Shown: positions 1-8,901 of the stretch, piece after piece
Position numbering within the stretch: the first letter of the stretch is position 1
How the letters are laid out: the number at the start of each line of letters is the position of its first letter
Assembly: GCA_028284525.1 (NCBI GenBank)
Contig: JANQRO010000273.1
Coordinates: 1-58,861, forward strand
Source: Myxococcota bacterium
Lineage (GTDB): Bacteria; Myxococcota_A; UBA9160; PR03
DNA: 58,861 nucleotides
Direction: 5' to 3'
Position numbers and translations under genes: made by a program
The notes under the pieces: generated by a model
Seen by the model: only the letters and a program-made list of their open reading frames with translations
Told to the model about the DNA's origin: nothing
Databases searched by the model: none

Positions 1-248
1 CCGACCGCCACGTGAAGCGCTTCTGGGTCGTTCCCCTGGGGCTCCAGGATGCGCCGCTCGTGGTGCACCTCGACGTGCGCCTCGACGCCTCGGGGGCGCT
101 CCGAGGAGAGCCCCGCATCACGAAGCGCTCGGGGAACCCGTGGTTCGACGAGGGCGCCGTGCGCGCCGTCGAGAAGGCCGCGCCGCTCCCCGCGCCGCCC
201 GAGGCGGGCACCTGGCCCTTCGTCTTTCGCCCGGAGGATCTCGACTGA
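1..248 (+). CDS. TolA/TonB-type C-terminal domain protein, 5' end cut by the window edge
   Basis: The translation ends ...KRSGNPWFDEGAVRAVEKAAPLPAPP, which is typical of a TolA/TonB C-terminal domain. It lies immediately upstream of tolB and its stop overlaps the tolB ATG by 1 nt. Confidence 0.6.
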   Translation, partial: DRHVKRFWVVPLGLQDAPLVVHLDVRLDASGALRGEPRITKRSGNPWFDEGAVRAVEKAAPLPAPPEAGTWPFVFRPEDLD

Positions 249-1597
249 TGGGGCATGCCCCGCATCGCAGGACCCGTCGACGCGTGTGGGCCCTGGGCCT
301 CGCGGCAGCCGCGCTCTGCGCGGGCCCGGTTTCGTCGGCCCGCGCCCAGAACCCCTCGGTGATCGTCACCAACCCCGACGCCCGGGCCTTCCGCGCCGCG
401 GTGCAGCGCTTCGCCGTGGCGCGCGACGACGTCGACGCCACCGCGTTTCGCGAGAAGCTCTCCGCCGCCCTCGAGTTCTCGAGCGTCTTCACCCCGATCG
501 ACGAGGGCGCCTTTCTCGGGCCGCTGCAGAGCGAGGGGCTCTCCGCCACGACCCCGCGCTGTGTCGACTGGACGCCGATCGGCGCCGACGCGCTGGTGGA
601 GGGCCAGTTCGAGGGCGCCACGGGCGGCGAGTTTGCCGTCGAGTTCCGCGCCATCGACGTGGTGCGCTGTCGCTCGGCGCTCCGCAAGCGCTACACGGGC
701 CGCGTCGCCGACGCCGACCTGATCGCCCGCAAGATCGCCGACGACATCGTTGGCGCGTTCACCGGCACGCCCGGCGTCTCGTCCACCGAGCTGACCTTCC
801 TCTCCGACCGCGGGGGCCACACCGAGGTCTTCGTGATGGAGGTCGACGGCACCCGGGCTCGCGCCGTCACCCGCGACCGCGCGCTCAAGGGTTTTCCCAA
901 TTGGTCGGTCGACGGCTCGTCCATCGTGTACATGTCGTACCAGTACCGCCGTCTGCCCCAGCTCTTCCGCATCGTGCGGCGGGGCAACGCGAAGGCCGGC
1001 CGCATCCTCCAGGGGCTGCGGCCCGGCACCGCGGTGTACCGGGGTGTGCACGCCCCCGACGGCGATTCGCTGGCCGTGGTGGTGAGCATCGACGGGGTGC
1101 CGGATCTGTTCCGCACCGATCTCACCGGCAACCGGCCCCAGCGCCTCACCCGCAACCCCGCCATCGACGTCTCGCCAAGCTGGTCTCCCGACGGCGGCCA
1201 GCTCGTCTTCGTGTCCGACCGCACCGGATCGCCCCAGCTCTACATCATGAACGCCGACGGCTCGGGCACACGCCGGCTCACCTTCGACGGCGGGTACAAT
1301 TCCGCGCCCGCGTGGTCGCCCGACGGGCGCTGGATCGCCTACGAAGCACGTCTCCAGGGCCAGTTCGACATCTGGCTGATCGACCCGATGGGCCAGGTCA
1401 ACGTGCCGCTCGTCGACCACCCCCGCAGCGACGAGTCGCCCGCCTGGTCGCCGGACAGCCGCAAGCTCGCCTTCCACTCGACGCGCCGGGGTCGCCCCGA
1501 CATCTACGCCGTCGATGTCGACGGGCGCAATCTGGTGCGGTTGACCCAGGGGGAAGGGGCCAACAAACAGCCTCACTGGGGACCGCGACCCCAGTGA
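248..1597 (+). CDS. tolB: Tol-Pal system beta-propeller protein TolB
   Basis: Internal ATG at 248 of ORF 140..1597 gives a signal peptide (RRRVWALGLAAAALCAGPVSSARA). Repeated PxWSPDG propeller motifs follow (SPSWSPDGGQLVF, APAWSPDGRWIAY, SPAWSPDSRKLAF). Confidence 0.9.
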   Translation: MGHAPHRRTRRRVWALGLAAAALCAGPVSSARAQNPSVIVTNPDARAFRAAVQRFAVARDDVDATAFREKLSAALEFSSVFTPIDEGAFLGPLQSEGLSATTPRCVDWTPIGADALVEGQFEGATGGEFAVEFRAIDVVRCRSALRKRYTGRVADADLIARKIADDIVGAFTGTPGVSSTELTFLSDRGGHTEVFVMEVDGTRARAVTRDRALKGFPNWSVDGSSIVYMSYQYRRLPQLFRIVRRGNAKAGRILQGLRPGTAVYRGVHAPDGDSLAVVVSIDGVPDLFRTDLTGNRPQRLTRNPAIDVSPSWSPDGGQLVFVSDRTGSPQLYIMNADGSGTRRLTFDGGYNSAPAWSPDGRWIAYEARLQGQFDIWLIDPMGQVNVPLVDHPRSDESPAWSPDSRKLAFHSTRRGRPDIYAVDVDGRNLVRLTQGEGANKQPHWGPRPQ

Positions 1598-1641
1598 TAG
1601 ACTCTCGCGCCCGCGCCGCCGGGGGCGAGCCGGAGGAGAGG

Positions 1642-2478
1642 ATGGGGAAGAGCGACCAGCACGCGAGGCGGCGGGTCGAAACGAAGCGGAGGGCCGCCCT
1701 CGGGGTGTGCACGGCTCTTCTGGTGTTGGCCGGCGGCTGCGTGTCGGTCGCGGAGCACCGCAAGCTCGAGGAGCGCGTGCTCTCGCAGCAGCGCAGTCCC
1801 TCCGGCGAGTCGCGCCGGGTCGTCGCCGACCTCCGCGCCGAGCTGCGCCGTCTCGAAGAGCGCGTGAACCAGCTGGAAGGCCGGCTCGAGAGCGCCGAGC
1901 ACGAGACCCGCCGCGCCCAGGAGGAGGCGCGCCGGGCGCGCCAGGAGGCCGCGCGTGTCGGATCGGGCACAGCACCGGGCACGTCCCCGCCCCCCGGCGA
2001 TGGATCGACGCCGACCGGCAACGCGGCGGCAGCTCCGCCCGACGAGCCGAGCGCGCCGGCCGCCGTCGACGGTCGTCCTCCCCCCGCGCCGAGCTCCGAG
2101 GTGAGCGCCTACCGCAACGCCCGCACCGATTGGCGGGAGGGACGCTGGGACGATTGCATTGACCGCTTCGGGAGCTTCTTGCAAACTTACCCGGCTTCGG
2201 GCTACGCCGACGATGCCGCGTTCTGGCTCGCGGACTGCCACTTCAAGCGGGGGGACTACAAGACGGCGGTGGTCCGATTCGACGACGTCGTGGTGCGCTA
2301 TCCCGAGGGAGAGCGGTCCGCCGACGCGCTCTACCGCCAAGGAGAAGCCCTGCTTCGGCTCGGACCCGGATACAGCAAGGCCGCGAGTCGCGCCTTCGAG
2401 CGCGTGATGAAGGAGTATCCCTCGTCGCCGCGGGCGCAGGAAGCGAAGAGACAGCTCGAACTGCTCAGGCCGCGTTGA
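1642..2478 (+). CDS. cpoB: CpoB/YbgF-like Tol-Pal associated protein (lipobox, coiled coil, Pro/Ala linker, TPR)
   Basis: ATG at 1642 is preceded by GGAGGAGAG. The protein has the lipobox LVLAGGC, a coiled-coil segment (ELRRLEERVNQLEGRLESAEHE) and a C-terminal YbgF-type TPR region (FLQTYPASGYADDAAFWLADCHFKRGDY...). The upstream part of ORF 49..2478 is an alternate-frame artefact over tolB. Confidence 0.8.
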   Translation: MGKSDQHARRRVETKRRAALGVCTALLVLAGGCVSVAEHRKLEERVLSQQRSPSGESRRVVADLRAELRRLEERVNQLEGRLESAEHETRRAQEEARRARQEAARVGSGTAPGTSPPPGDGSTPTGNAAAAPPDEPSAPAAVDGRPPPAPSSEVSAYRNARTDWREGRWDDCIDRFGSFLQTYPASGYADDAAFWLADCHFKRGDYKTAVVRFDDVVVRYPEGERSADALYRQGEALLRLGPGYSKAASRAFERVMKEYPSSPRAQEAKRQLELLRPR

Positions 2479-2491
2479 AGGAACAACGAAG

Positions 2492-2854
2492 GTGAGAAAG
2501 CGCGAACTCGAACGCTTGCGGAAGCTCCTGGAAGGGCAGCGCGAACAGCTGGTGGGCAACGCCAAGCGCGCTCTCACCGGCGACATCCACCTCGACCCCG
2601 ACGACTTTCCCGACGAGATGGACGCGGCCTCCTCGGAGATCAGCCTCGCCTTCACGGGGCGGCTTCGCGAACGCGAGCGACACCTGCTGGCCAAGGTCGA
2701 CCAGGCCCTCGCCAAGATCGACGCCGGGGAATACGGCCTCTGCGAAGCCTGCGGCGAGGAGATCGGGATCAAGCGCCTCGAGGCGCGCCCGGTGGCCGAG
2801 CTCTGCATCGACTGCAAGGCCGAGCAAGAGCGCCTCGAACGCAACATCGGCTAG
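2492..2854 (+). CDS. DksA/TraR family C4-type zinc-finger protein
   Basis: The 120-aa product has a coiled-coil N-terminal part and the zinc-finger motif CEACGEEI...CIDC. Confidence 0.85.
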   Translation: MRKRELERLRKLLEGQREQLVGNAKRALTGDIHLDPDDFPDEMDAASSEISLAFTGRLRERERHLLAKVDQALAKIDAGEYGLCEACGEEIGIKRLEARPVAELCIDCKAEQERLERNIG

Positions 2855-2908
2855 GGGCTGACTCTGCCCGCTGCCTCCTCCCTCGACGCCGACACCCTGG
2901 TCCTCGGG

Positions 2909-3895
2909 GTGGAGAGCTCCTGTGACGAGATGGCCGCCGCGATCGTGCGCGGAGGTCGCGATGTCGTGGCGAGCGTGGTGCACCACCAGGTCGAGGTGCA
3001 CGCGCCCTACGGCGGGGTGGTGCCCGAGCTGGCCTCTCGCGACCACGCGCGCGCCGTGTCCCAGGTGGTCGACGCGGCTCTCGAGCGCGCGGGGGTCGGG
3101 CCACGCGGCCTCGGCGGGGTGGCGGTCACCGCGGGTCCCGGTCTCCTGGGCTCGCTGCTCGTGGGCCTCTGCTTTGCCAAGGCCTTTGCGTACCGCTTCG
3201 GGCTGCCGCTGGTCGGGGTGCATCACCTCTCGGGGCATCTCGCCTCCGCCGAGATCGCCGACCCCGCGTTGCGCGCGCCCTACCTCGGGCTCGTCGTCTC
3301 GGGGGGCCACACGGCGCTCTACCGGATCGAAGACGAGGCGGCGCCGCGGCTCCTGGGCGAGACCCGGGACGACGCCGTCGGCGAAGCCTTCGACAAGGTC
3401 GCGAAGCTCCTGGGCTTGCCGTATCCCGGGGGTCCCGCCCTCGCGGCGTTGGCCGAGGAGGGCGACGAGACCGCGATCGACTTTCCCCGCCCGATGGCGG
3501 GACGGCCGGGCTACGAGTTCTCGTACAGCGGGCTGAAGACCGCCGTCGCCCTCGAGGTGGAGGCGCGCTCGCCCCTCCGCGACGGGGAGCGGGCCGACAT
3601 CGCCGCGTCGTTCCAGGCTGCGGCCACCGATGTGCTGGTCGCGAAATCGCAGCGCGCCCTCGGCGACGAGGGGCTCGACCAGCTCGCGGTGGTGGGGGGT
3701 GTCGCGGCCAACGCGCGGCTGCGCGAACGCCTCGTAGACGCGGCGGCGCGCGAAGGCTTTCGCGCCGTGTTCCCGCCGCTGGCGCTCTGCACCGACAACG
3801 CCGCGATGATCGCTTCGGCGGGCTACGCGGGGCTCGCTCGGGGCGAGCGGGCGGAGCTCTCCCTCGGCGCCTTCGCCCGCGCACCGCTCGGGTGA
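2909..3895 (+). CDS. tsaD: tRNA N6-adenosine threonylcarbamoyltransferase TsaD
   Basis: Shows VESSCDEMAAAIV, HHLSGH and other Kae1/TsaD motifs. The GTG at 2909 is the first canonical start. The conserved N-terminus (LVLGVESSCDE) continues upstream with only CTG codons (2858, 2864, 2897), so the true start is uncertain. Confidence 0.88.
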   Translation: MESSCDEMAAAIVRGGRDVVASVVHHQVEVHAPYGGVVPELASRDHARAVSQVVDAALERAGVGPRGLGGVAVTAGPGLLGSLLVGLCFAKAFAYRFGLPLVGVHHLSGHLASAEIADPALRAPYLGLVVSGGHTALYRIEDEAAPRLLGETRDDAVGEAFDKVAKLLGLPYPGGPALAALAEEGDETAIDFPRPMAGRPGYEFSYSGLKTAVALEVEARSPLRDGERADIAASFQAAATDVLVAKSQRALGDEGLDQLAVVGGVAANARLRERLVDAAAREGFRAVFPPLALCTDNAAMIASAGYAGLARGERAELSLGAFARAPLG

Positions 3896-4761
3896 GCCCG
3901 TCGCAACGCCGGGAGGTGCGCGACACCTTCGCGCGCCGCGGACTGCGCCCCCACAAATCCCGCGGTCAGAACTTCCTGGTCGATCCCCGCGTCGCCGAAC
4001 GCATCGTCGCGGGCGCGCGACTCGGGCCAGGCGACGCCGTGATCGAGGTCGGGCCCGGGCTCGGCATCCTCACGCGGGCCCTCGCGGCGCGAGCCGAACG
4101 GGTGGTGGCCATCGAGATCGATCGCGGCCTCGTCGAGACCCTGCGCAGCGAGGGCGAGCTCCCGGGTCACGTCGCCCTGCGTCACGACGACGCGCTCGGG
4201 ATCGACCTCTCCGCGTTGGTCGCGGAGCTCGGCCGGCGCACCCACGTCGTCGCGAATCTCCCCTACGCGATCTCGGCCCCGCTGCTCCGTTGGCTCCTCG
4301 GCGCCCGCGAGGCACTCGCGAGCTGGGTGGTGATGCTCCAGCGCGAGGTCGCCGAACGTCTCGTGGCGCCGGTGGGCGCGCGCCAGTACGGGTCGCTCTC
4401 GGTGCTCACCCAGACGCTCTGCGAGGTGGAGCGTCTCTTTGCGGTGCCCAACGCCGCCTTCGATCCGGTGCCCCAGGTGGAGTCGGTGGTGGTGCGCGCG
4501 CTGCCCCGCGCGCCCTCGCCCCTGGACGACGACGCGATGGTCGAGTTCGAACGGGTGGTGCGGGCCTGCTTCAGCGCCCGTCGCAAGACCCTGGTGAACG
4601 CCCTGCGCGGCCAATGGCCCTGGGGTATCGCCCCCGAGCGGTCGCGGCTCGAGGGTCATCTCGAAGCCCAGGGGATCGCCGTCGACGCCCGCGCCGAGAC
4701 CCTGAGCCCCGGCGAGTTCGCCGCCCTGGTGACGTCCCTCCGGGGCGATTTTGTCGCTTGA
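3892..4761 (+). CDS. rsmA: 16S rRNA (adenine1518/1519-N6)-dimethyltransferase RsmA/KsgA
   Basis: Contains KSRGQNFLVD, VIEVGPGLGILT and NLPYAISAPLL motifs. The GTG start overlaps the tsaD stop (GTGA). Confidence 0.9.
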   Translation: MSPSQRREVRDTFARRGLRPHKSRGQNFLVDPRVAERIVAGARLGPGDAVIEVGPGLGILTRALAARAERVVAIEIDRGLVETLRSEGELPGHVALRHDDALGIDLSALVAELGRRTHVVANLPYAISAPLLRWLLGAREALASWVVMLQREVAERLVAPVGARQYGSLSVLTQTLCEVERLFAVPNAAFDPVPQVESVVVRALPRAPSPLDDDAMVEFERVVRACFSARRKTLVNALRGQWPWGIAPERSRLEGHLEAQGIAVDARAETLSPGEFAALVTSLRGDFVA

Positions 4762-5000
4762 CACCCCGAAACGGGCGCTCATATCCTCTCGGCGTTCGAG
4801 GGGAATCGCACGGTGCGATCTTCATCGGACGACAAACCGGCCCGGACGACCCCCGCGTCGAGCCGAGCAATCGAGACGAGCCCGACACGCGAACCACGCT
4901 CAGATCTGCCGAGCAGACTGAGACGGAGGGGAGCCACGCGGGAATCGCGGAGACGGCGCGGCCGTCTCGGCGAAGGGCAGCTGCCCCGCTGCGTTGGATC

Positions 5001-5038
5001 GCGCCTCCAGTTCCCTGGACGGCGCGTTTTTGTTGTTT
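5001..5038 (+). terminator. Intrinsic-terminator-like hairpin plus U-tract in the panB leader
   Basis: gcgcctccag-ttcc-ctgga(c)ggcgc forms a 10-bp stem with one bulge. It is followed by gtttttgttgttt. It ends 40 nt before the panB ATG and lies 240 nt after the rsmA stop. Confidence 0.5.
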
Positions 5039-5078
5039 GGAGCCCTCGACGACGGAGACCGGGCCTCCGGAGGACGCC

Positions 5079-5918
5079 ATGTCCACAGTCTCGGTCGCCA
5101 CGGCGCGCGAACACTGCGTCACCACCCGCACCCTCGCCACCCGCAAACGCCGCGGTGAACGCATCACGATGCTCACCGCCTACGACTTCGCCTTCGCCCG
5201 GATCTTCGACCAGGCCGGGATCGACTGTCTCCTGGTGGGGGACAGCCTGGGCAACGTGGTGCAGGGGGAGAGCACGACCCTTCCCGTGACCCTCGAGGAG
5301 ATGATCTACCACACGCGTCTCGTGACCCGCGCGGCGCAGCGGGCCCTGGTGATCGCGGACATGCCCTTCGGCTCCTACCAGGCCTCTCCCGAGGACGGGG
5401 TACGCAGCGCGATCCGCCTGCTCAAAGAGTCCGGGGCCCAGGCCGTGAAGCTCGAGGGCGGCACCCAGGTCGCGGCCACCGTCGAACGCATCACCGCCGC
5501 CGACATCCCCGTGATGGGCCACGTCGGGCTCACCCCGCAGTCCATCCACAAGATGGGCGGCTTCCGGGTGCAGGGGCGGAGCGAGGGCTCCCGACAGCGC
5601 GTGCTCGACGACGCCCGCGCCGTGCAGGAGGCCGGCGCCTTCTCGGTGGTGCTCGAGGGCATGCCCGCGGATCCCGCCGGCGAGATCACGGCGACCCTCG
5701 AGATCCCCACGATCGGCATCGGCGCCGGCCCGGGCTGCGACGGCCAGGTGCTGGTGATGCACGACATGCTCGGCATGAACGACTGGACGCCGAGCTTCGT
5801 GAAGCAATACGCCAACCTCGGCGCCGCGGCCGCGACTGCGGCCCGCGTCTTTGCCGACGAGGTGCGCGAGCAGAAGTTCCCCGCCGAAGAGCACTGCTAC
5901 AAGGGGAAGGGCCAGTGA
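5079..5918 (+). CDS. panB: 3-methyl-2-oxobutanoate hydroxymethyltransferase
   Basis: Internal ATG at 5079 with GGAGGA upstream. Translation reads ITMLTAYDFAFARIFDQAGIDCLLVGDSLGNVVQG...MGHVGLTPQS. Confidence 0.9.
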   Translation: MSTVSVATAREHCVTTRTLATRKRRGERITMLTAYDFAFARIFDQAGIDCLLVGDSLGNVVQGESTTLPVTLEEMIYHTRLVTRAAQRALVIADMPFGSYQASPEDGVRSAIRLLKESGAQAVKLEGGTQVAATVERITAADIPVMGHVGLTPQSIHKMGGFRVQGRSEGSRQRVLDDARAVQEAGAFSVVLEGMPADPAGEITATLEIPTIGIGAGPGCDGQVLVMHDMLGMNDWTPSFVKQYANLGAAAATAARVFADEVREQKFPAEEHCYKGKGQ

Positions 5919-6799
5919 AGCTCCTGCGCAGCGTCGACGAGCTCCGCGCCTACAGCGACGCCGAGCGGGCGGCGGGTCGCCGCATCGCCCTCGTACCGAC
6001 GATGGGGGCGCTCCACGCCGGTCACCTCTCGCTGGTCGCGGAGGGGCATCGCCACGCCGATACGGTCGTGGTCACGATCTTCGTGAACCCCACCCAGTTC
6101 GCGCCGGGGGAGGATTTCGACGCCTACCCCCGCGGTCTCGAGGCCGACCTCGCGCAGTGTCGGGCGGCCGGCGTGGCGGCGGTCTTCGCGCCCCCACCCG
6201 ACGAGATGTACCCGGACGGGCCCGAGGGCGGGAAGACCTGGGTCGCGGTCGAAGACATCACGGCGCCGCTCTGCGGGGCCTCCCGGCCCACCTTCTTCCG
6301 CGGGGTCGCCACCGTCGTGACGAAGCTCCTGGTGGTGGCCCGCCCCGACGTCGCGGTGTTCGGGGAGAAGGACTACCAGCAGCTCCAGGTCGTGAAGCGT
6401 CTGGCGCGGGATCTCCTGCTCGGGGTCGAGATCCTCGGCGCGCCGATCCACCGGGAAGAGGACGGCCTCGCGATGTCGAGTCGCAACGTCTACCTCGACG
6501 CCGGGATGCGCGCCGAGGCGCTCGTGCTCTCCCGCGCCCTCGACGCAGCCGAGGCCGCGGTGCGTCACGGCGAGCGCTCCCGGGACGCGCTCCTCGAGCG
6601 CGCGACCAAGGAGATCGCGACGGCGTCCCACGCGGCCATCGACTATGTCGAGCTCCGCGACCCCGAGAGCCTGGAGCCCGTGGGCGGGACCCTCGAGGGC
6701 CCGGCGCTGCTGGCGCTGGCGGTGCACTTCCCCCAGCGCGTGGGCGCCGACGAGGTGGTGCGGCTGATCGACAACCGCGTGCTGCGCCCCGGCGTCTAG
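5915..6799 (+). CDS. panC: pantoate--beta-alanine ligase
   Basis: Contains the LVPTMGALHAGHLSLV motif. The start overlaps the panB stop (GTGA). Confidence 0.9.
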   Translation: MKLLRSVDELRAYSDAERAAGRRIALVPTMGALHAGHLSLVAEGHRHADTVVVTIFVNPTQFAPGEDFDAYPRGLEADLAQCRAAGVAAVFAPPPDEMYPDGPEGGKTWVAVEDITAPLCGASRPTFFRGVATVVTKLLVVARPDVAVFGEKDYQQLQVVKRLARDLLLGVEILGAPIHREEDGLAMSSRNVYLDAGMRAEALVLSRALDAAEAAVRHGERSRDALLERATKEIATASHAAIDYVELRDPESLEPVGGTLEGPALLALAVHFPQRVGADEVVRLIDNRVLRPGV

Positions 6800-6807
6800 C
6801 CGGATCC

Positions 6808-6840
6808 CGCGGCGGCGACCCCGCGCGGGTCGTCGCCGCG
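6808..6840 (+). terminator. GC-rich hairpin after panC (no U-tract)
   Basis: cgcggcggcgacc-ccgcgcg-ggtcgtcgccgcg forms a 13-bp stem with one G.U pair. It begins 9 nt after the panC stop. Confidence 0.3.
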
Positions 6841-6881
6841 CGTATCCCCTCCGCGCGGCCCTGGCCTACCCTCCCGGCGCG

Positions 6882-7349
6882 ATGGGGGACGACGGGCGCC
6901 AGGTCATCGCGCGCAACCGCCGCGCGGGCTTCGACTACGAGATCCTCGACACTGTCGAGGCGGGGCTCGTCCTGCAGGGTCCCGAGGTGAAGTCGCTGCG
7001 CGCCGGCAAGGCCAACCTCTCGGACGCCTACGCGACGATCCGATCGGGGGAGGCCTATCTCGTGAACGCGCACATCTCCCCCTACAAGGAGGCGGGACGC
7101 GAGAACGCCGACCCGCGGCGCGAGCGCAAGCTGCTGCTCCACAAGTCCGAGATCCAGCGCTGGAAGGGCAAGGTCGCCGAGCGCGGCCTGACCCTCGTCC
7201 CCCTCGAGCTCTACTTCAAGGACGGTCGCGCGAAGGTCGAGATCGGCCTCGCCCGGGGCAAACGCAAAGGGGACAAACGCCAGGCGATCCGCGAACGCGA
7301 GGTGAAGCGCGAGATGGACCGCGCGCTGCGCGAGGAGCGGCGCCGGTGA
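6882..7349 (+). CDS. smpB: SsrA-binding protein SmpB
   Basis: Translation reads IARNRRAGFDYEILDTVEAGLVLQGPEVKSLR...LLLHKSEI. The partner tmRNA gene lies 3.4 kb downstream. Confidence 0.95.
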   Translation: MGDDGRQVIARNRRAGFDYEILDTVEAGLVLQGPEVKSLRAGKANLSDAYATIRSGEAYLVNAHISPYKEAGRENADPRRERKLLLHKSEIQRWKGKVAERGLTLVPLELYFKDGRAKVEIGLARGKRKGDKRQAIREREVKREMDRALREERRR

Positions 7350-8740
7350 AGCGCGAGGCCTGGCGGCCCGGACGCGCGAGCCGGCCCCGGGTGTCGAGAG
7401 ACGCGCTGGCGGCCGCCGTGCTCTTCGTGTTCGCCTGCGTGGGGGACGCGCCGGCGCCATCGCCTCCGCGCCCGCCGGCGCCGGTTCCGCCGGCGGCGGC
7501 GTCGGCCGGGACGCTGCGGCCCTCGCGCGCGCCCTTCCTCCCCTCGCGCGGCGACTACGCGGCGTTTCGCGCCGGGAGCGACGTGGAGATCGCGGACCCC
7601 AACTACCTGCCCTTCATGACCCACCGCTTCGAGGAGGCCGGGAACGCCGAGGACTGGATCGTCTTCTGCCGCTGGCCCGATTCGCGGCTGCCGCTCTCGA
7701 TCTACGTCGAGGCCCCGGAGATCGCCGACGAGCTCCAGGACGACGGCGAGTTCCACCAGCCCGAGGCCTACCTGCGCGCCGCCGAGCGCGCCTTCGCCAC
7801 CTGGGAGCAGGCGCTCCCGAACCTGATCCGCTTCGTGCGGGCCGAGCGCCCCGAGGACGCCGATCTGCGCATGCGACTGCTCGGCGGCCGCGGTCCCTCC
7901 CACGGACGGCAGGCGCAGGTGCTCGGGAGCACGCCGATCCTGCGCGCCTGTCGGATCACCGGGGGCGATCCCCGCGACGGCATCGTGGAGGTCGACTTCG
8001 AGGTGCCCTGGGTGGAGGTCTACGTCGCCGACCGCTACGGCCTGCTCGAGCCCAACCAGGTCGGGCGGGTCGCGCTCCACGAGATCGGACACGCCCTGGG
8101 GATGCGCGGCCACAGCCCGATCCCCGCCCATCTGATGTTCGGAGAGACCCGCGGCCGCCCCGTCGACGAGCTCTCGCCCTCGGACGTCCACTCCTTCCGG
8201 GCGCTCTACGCGATTCCCAACGGCACCGTCTACACCCGGACGCCGCGGGGGCGGCCAGCGCGGGCGCCCCGGGTCGGTCCCGGGGTCGAGCCGCCGGTGC
8301 TCGCCGCGGACGCGGTGGTCGACCGGAGTCACGGATTCTCGCTGCGCGTCCCGGAGGGGTGGCAGGTGGTGCGCGAGCCACAGGGTCTCGTGGCGATCGA
8401 CGGCGTCGTGTGGGACTACGAGGCGTCGTTCTCGGTGACGGCGCGGGGCTACCAGAGTGTCGACGGCTATCTGGAGCGCAACCGCGCCCGGCACATCGCG
8501 GGTGGCGTGGTGCAGGGGAGCGGAACGATCGAGGTCGGTGGCTATCCCGCCCAGGTGATGCGTGTGTACCAACCTCGCGCCCACCTGGTCCAGCGACAGA
8601 TCTTCGTCGAGACCGGCGACGGTCGCGTGCTGATCCTCGTGGCGGAGGCACCCGCGGAGGCGAGCGCCGCCTTCGAGCGCTGGTTCGCGGCCATCCTCGA
8701 GAGCTTCGAAGTGCGCAACGCCGAGCCGCGGCGCGGCTAG
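7346..8740 (+). CDS. Putative secreted or lipoprotein metzincin-type zinc metalloprotease
   Basis: Contains the HEIGHALGMRGH (HExxHxxGxxH) motif. The N-terminal hydrophobic segment ends in FAC. The GTG start overlaps the smpB stop. Confidence 0.7.
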   Translation: MKREAWRPGRASRPRVSRDALAAAVLFVFACVGDAPAPSPPRPPAPVPPAAASAGTLRPSRAPFLPSRGDYAAFRAGSDVEIADPNYLPFMTHRFEEAGNAEDWIVFCRWPDSRLPLSIYVEAPEIADELQDDGEFHQPEAYLRAAERAFATWEQALPNLIRFVRAERPEDADLRMRLLGGRGPSHGRQAQVLGSTPILRACRITGGDPRDGIVEVDFEVPWVEVYVADRYGLLEPNQVGRVALHEIGHALGMRGHSPIPAHLMFGETRGRPVDELSPSDVHSFRALYAIPNGTVYTRTPRGRPARAPRVGPGVEPPVLAADAVVDRSHGFSLRVPEGWQVVREPQGLVAIDGVVWDYEASFSVTARGYQSVDGYLERNRARHIAGGVVQGSGTIEVGGYPAQVMRVYQPRAHLVQRQIFVETGDGRVLILVAEAPAEASAAFERWFAAILESFEVRNAEPRRG

Positions 8741-8901
8741 CGTCTGCCGAATCGCCCACCGCTCGCGGCGCCGATCGGTCGCCCGCCAGGCAGCGGGCGC
8801 CCGGCGGCTCCCCACGTGTTGGGATGGCCGCGACCCGTCGAGGCGCCGCACCGTGTCGGGCCCGGACCCGGTGCCATCTCCCCCGGCGGGCGCCGAAGCG
8901 C

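Noticed and set aside
49-1641. N-terminal 530 aa of the 809-aa ORF 49..2478
   Set aside because: It is Arg/Pro/Gly-rich low-complexity translation in an alternate frame over tolB. Only the last 278 codons, from ATG 1642 with an RBS, look like a real protein (CpoB).
8741-8901. Possible bidirectional terminator between the metalloprotease gene and rfbC
   Set aside because: I found only a loop-less GC palindrome (cgggcgcccg) and no convincing stem-loop with a U-tract.
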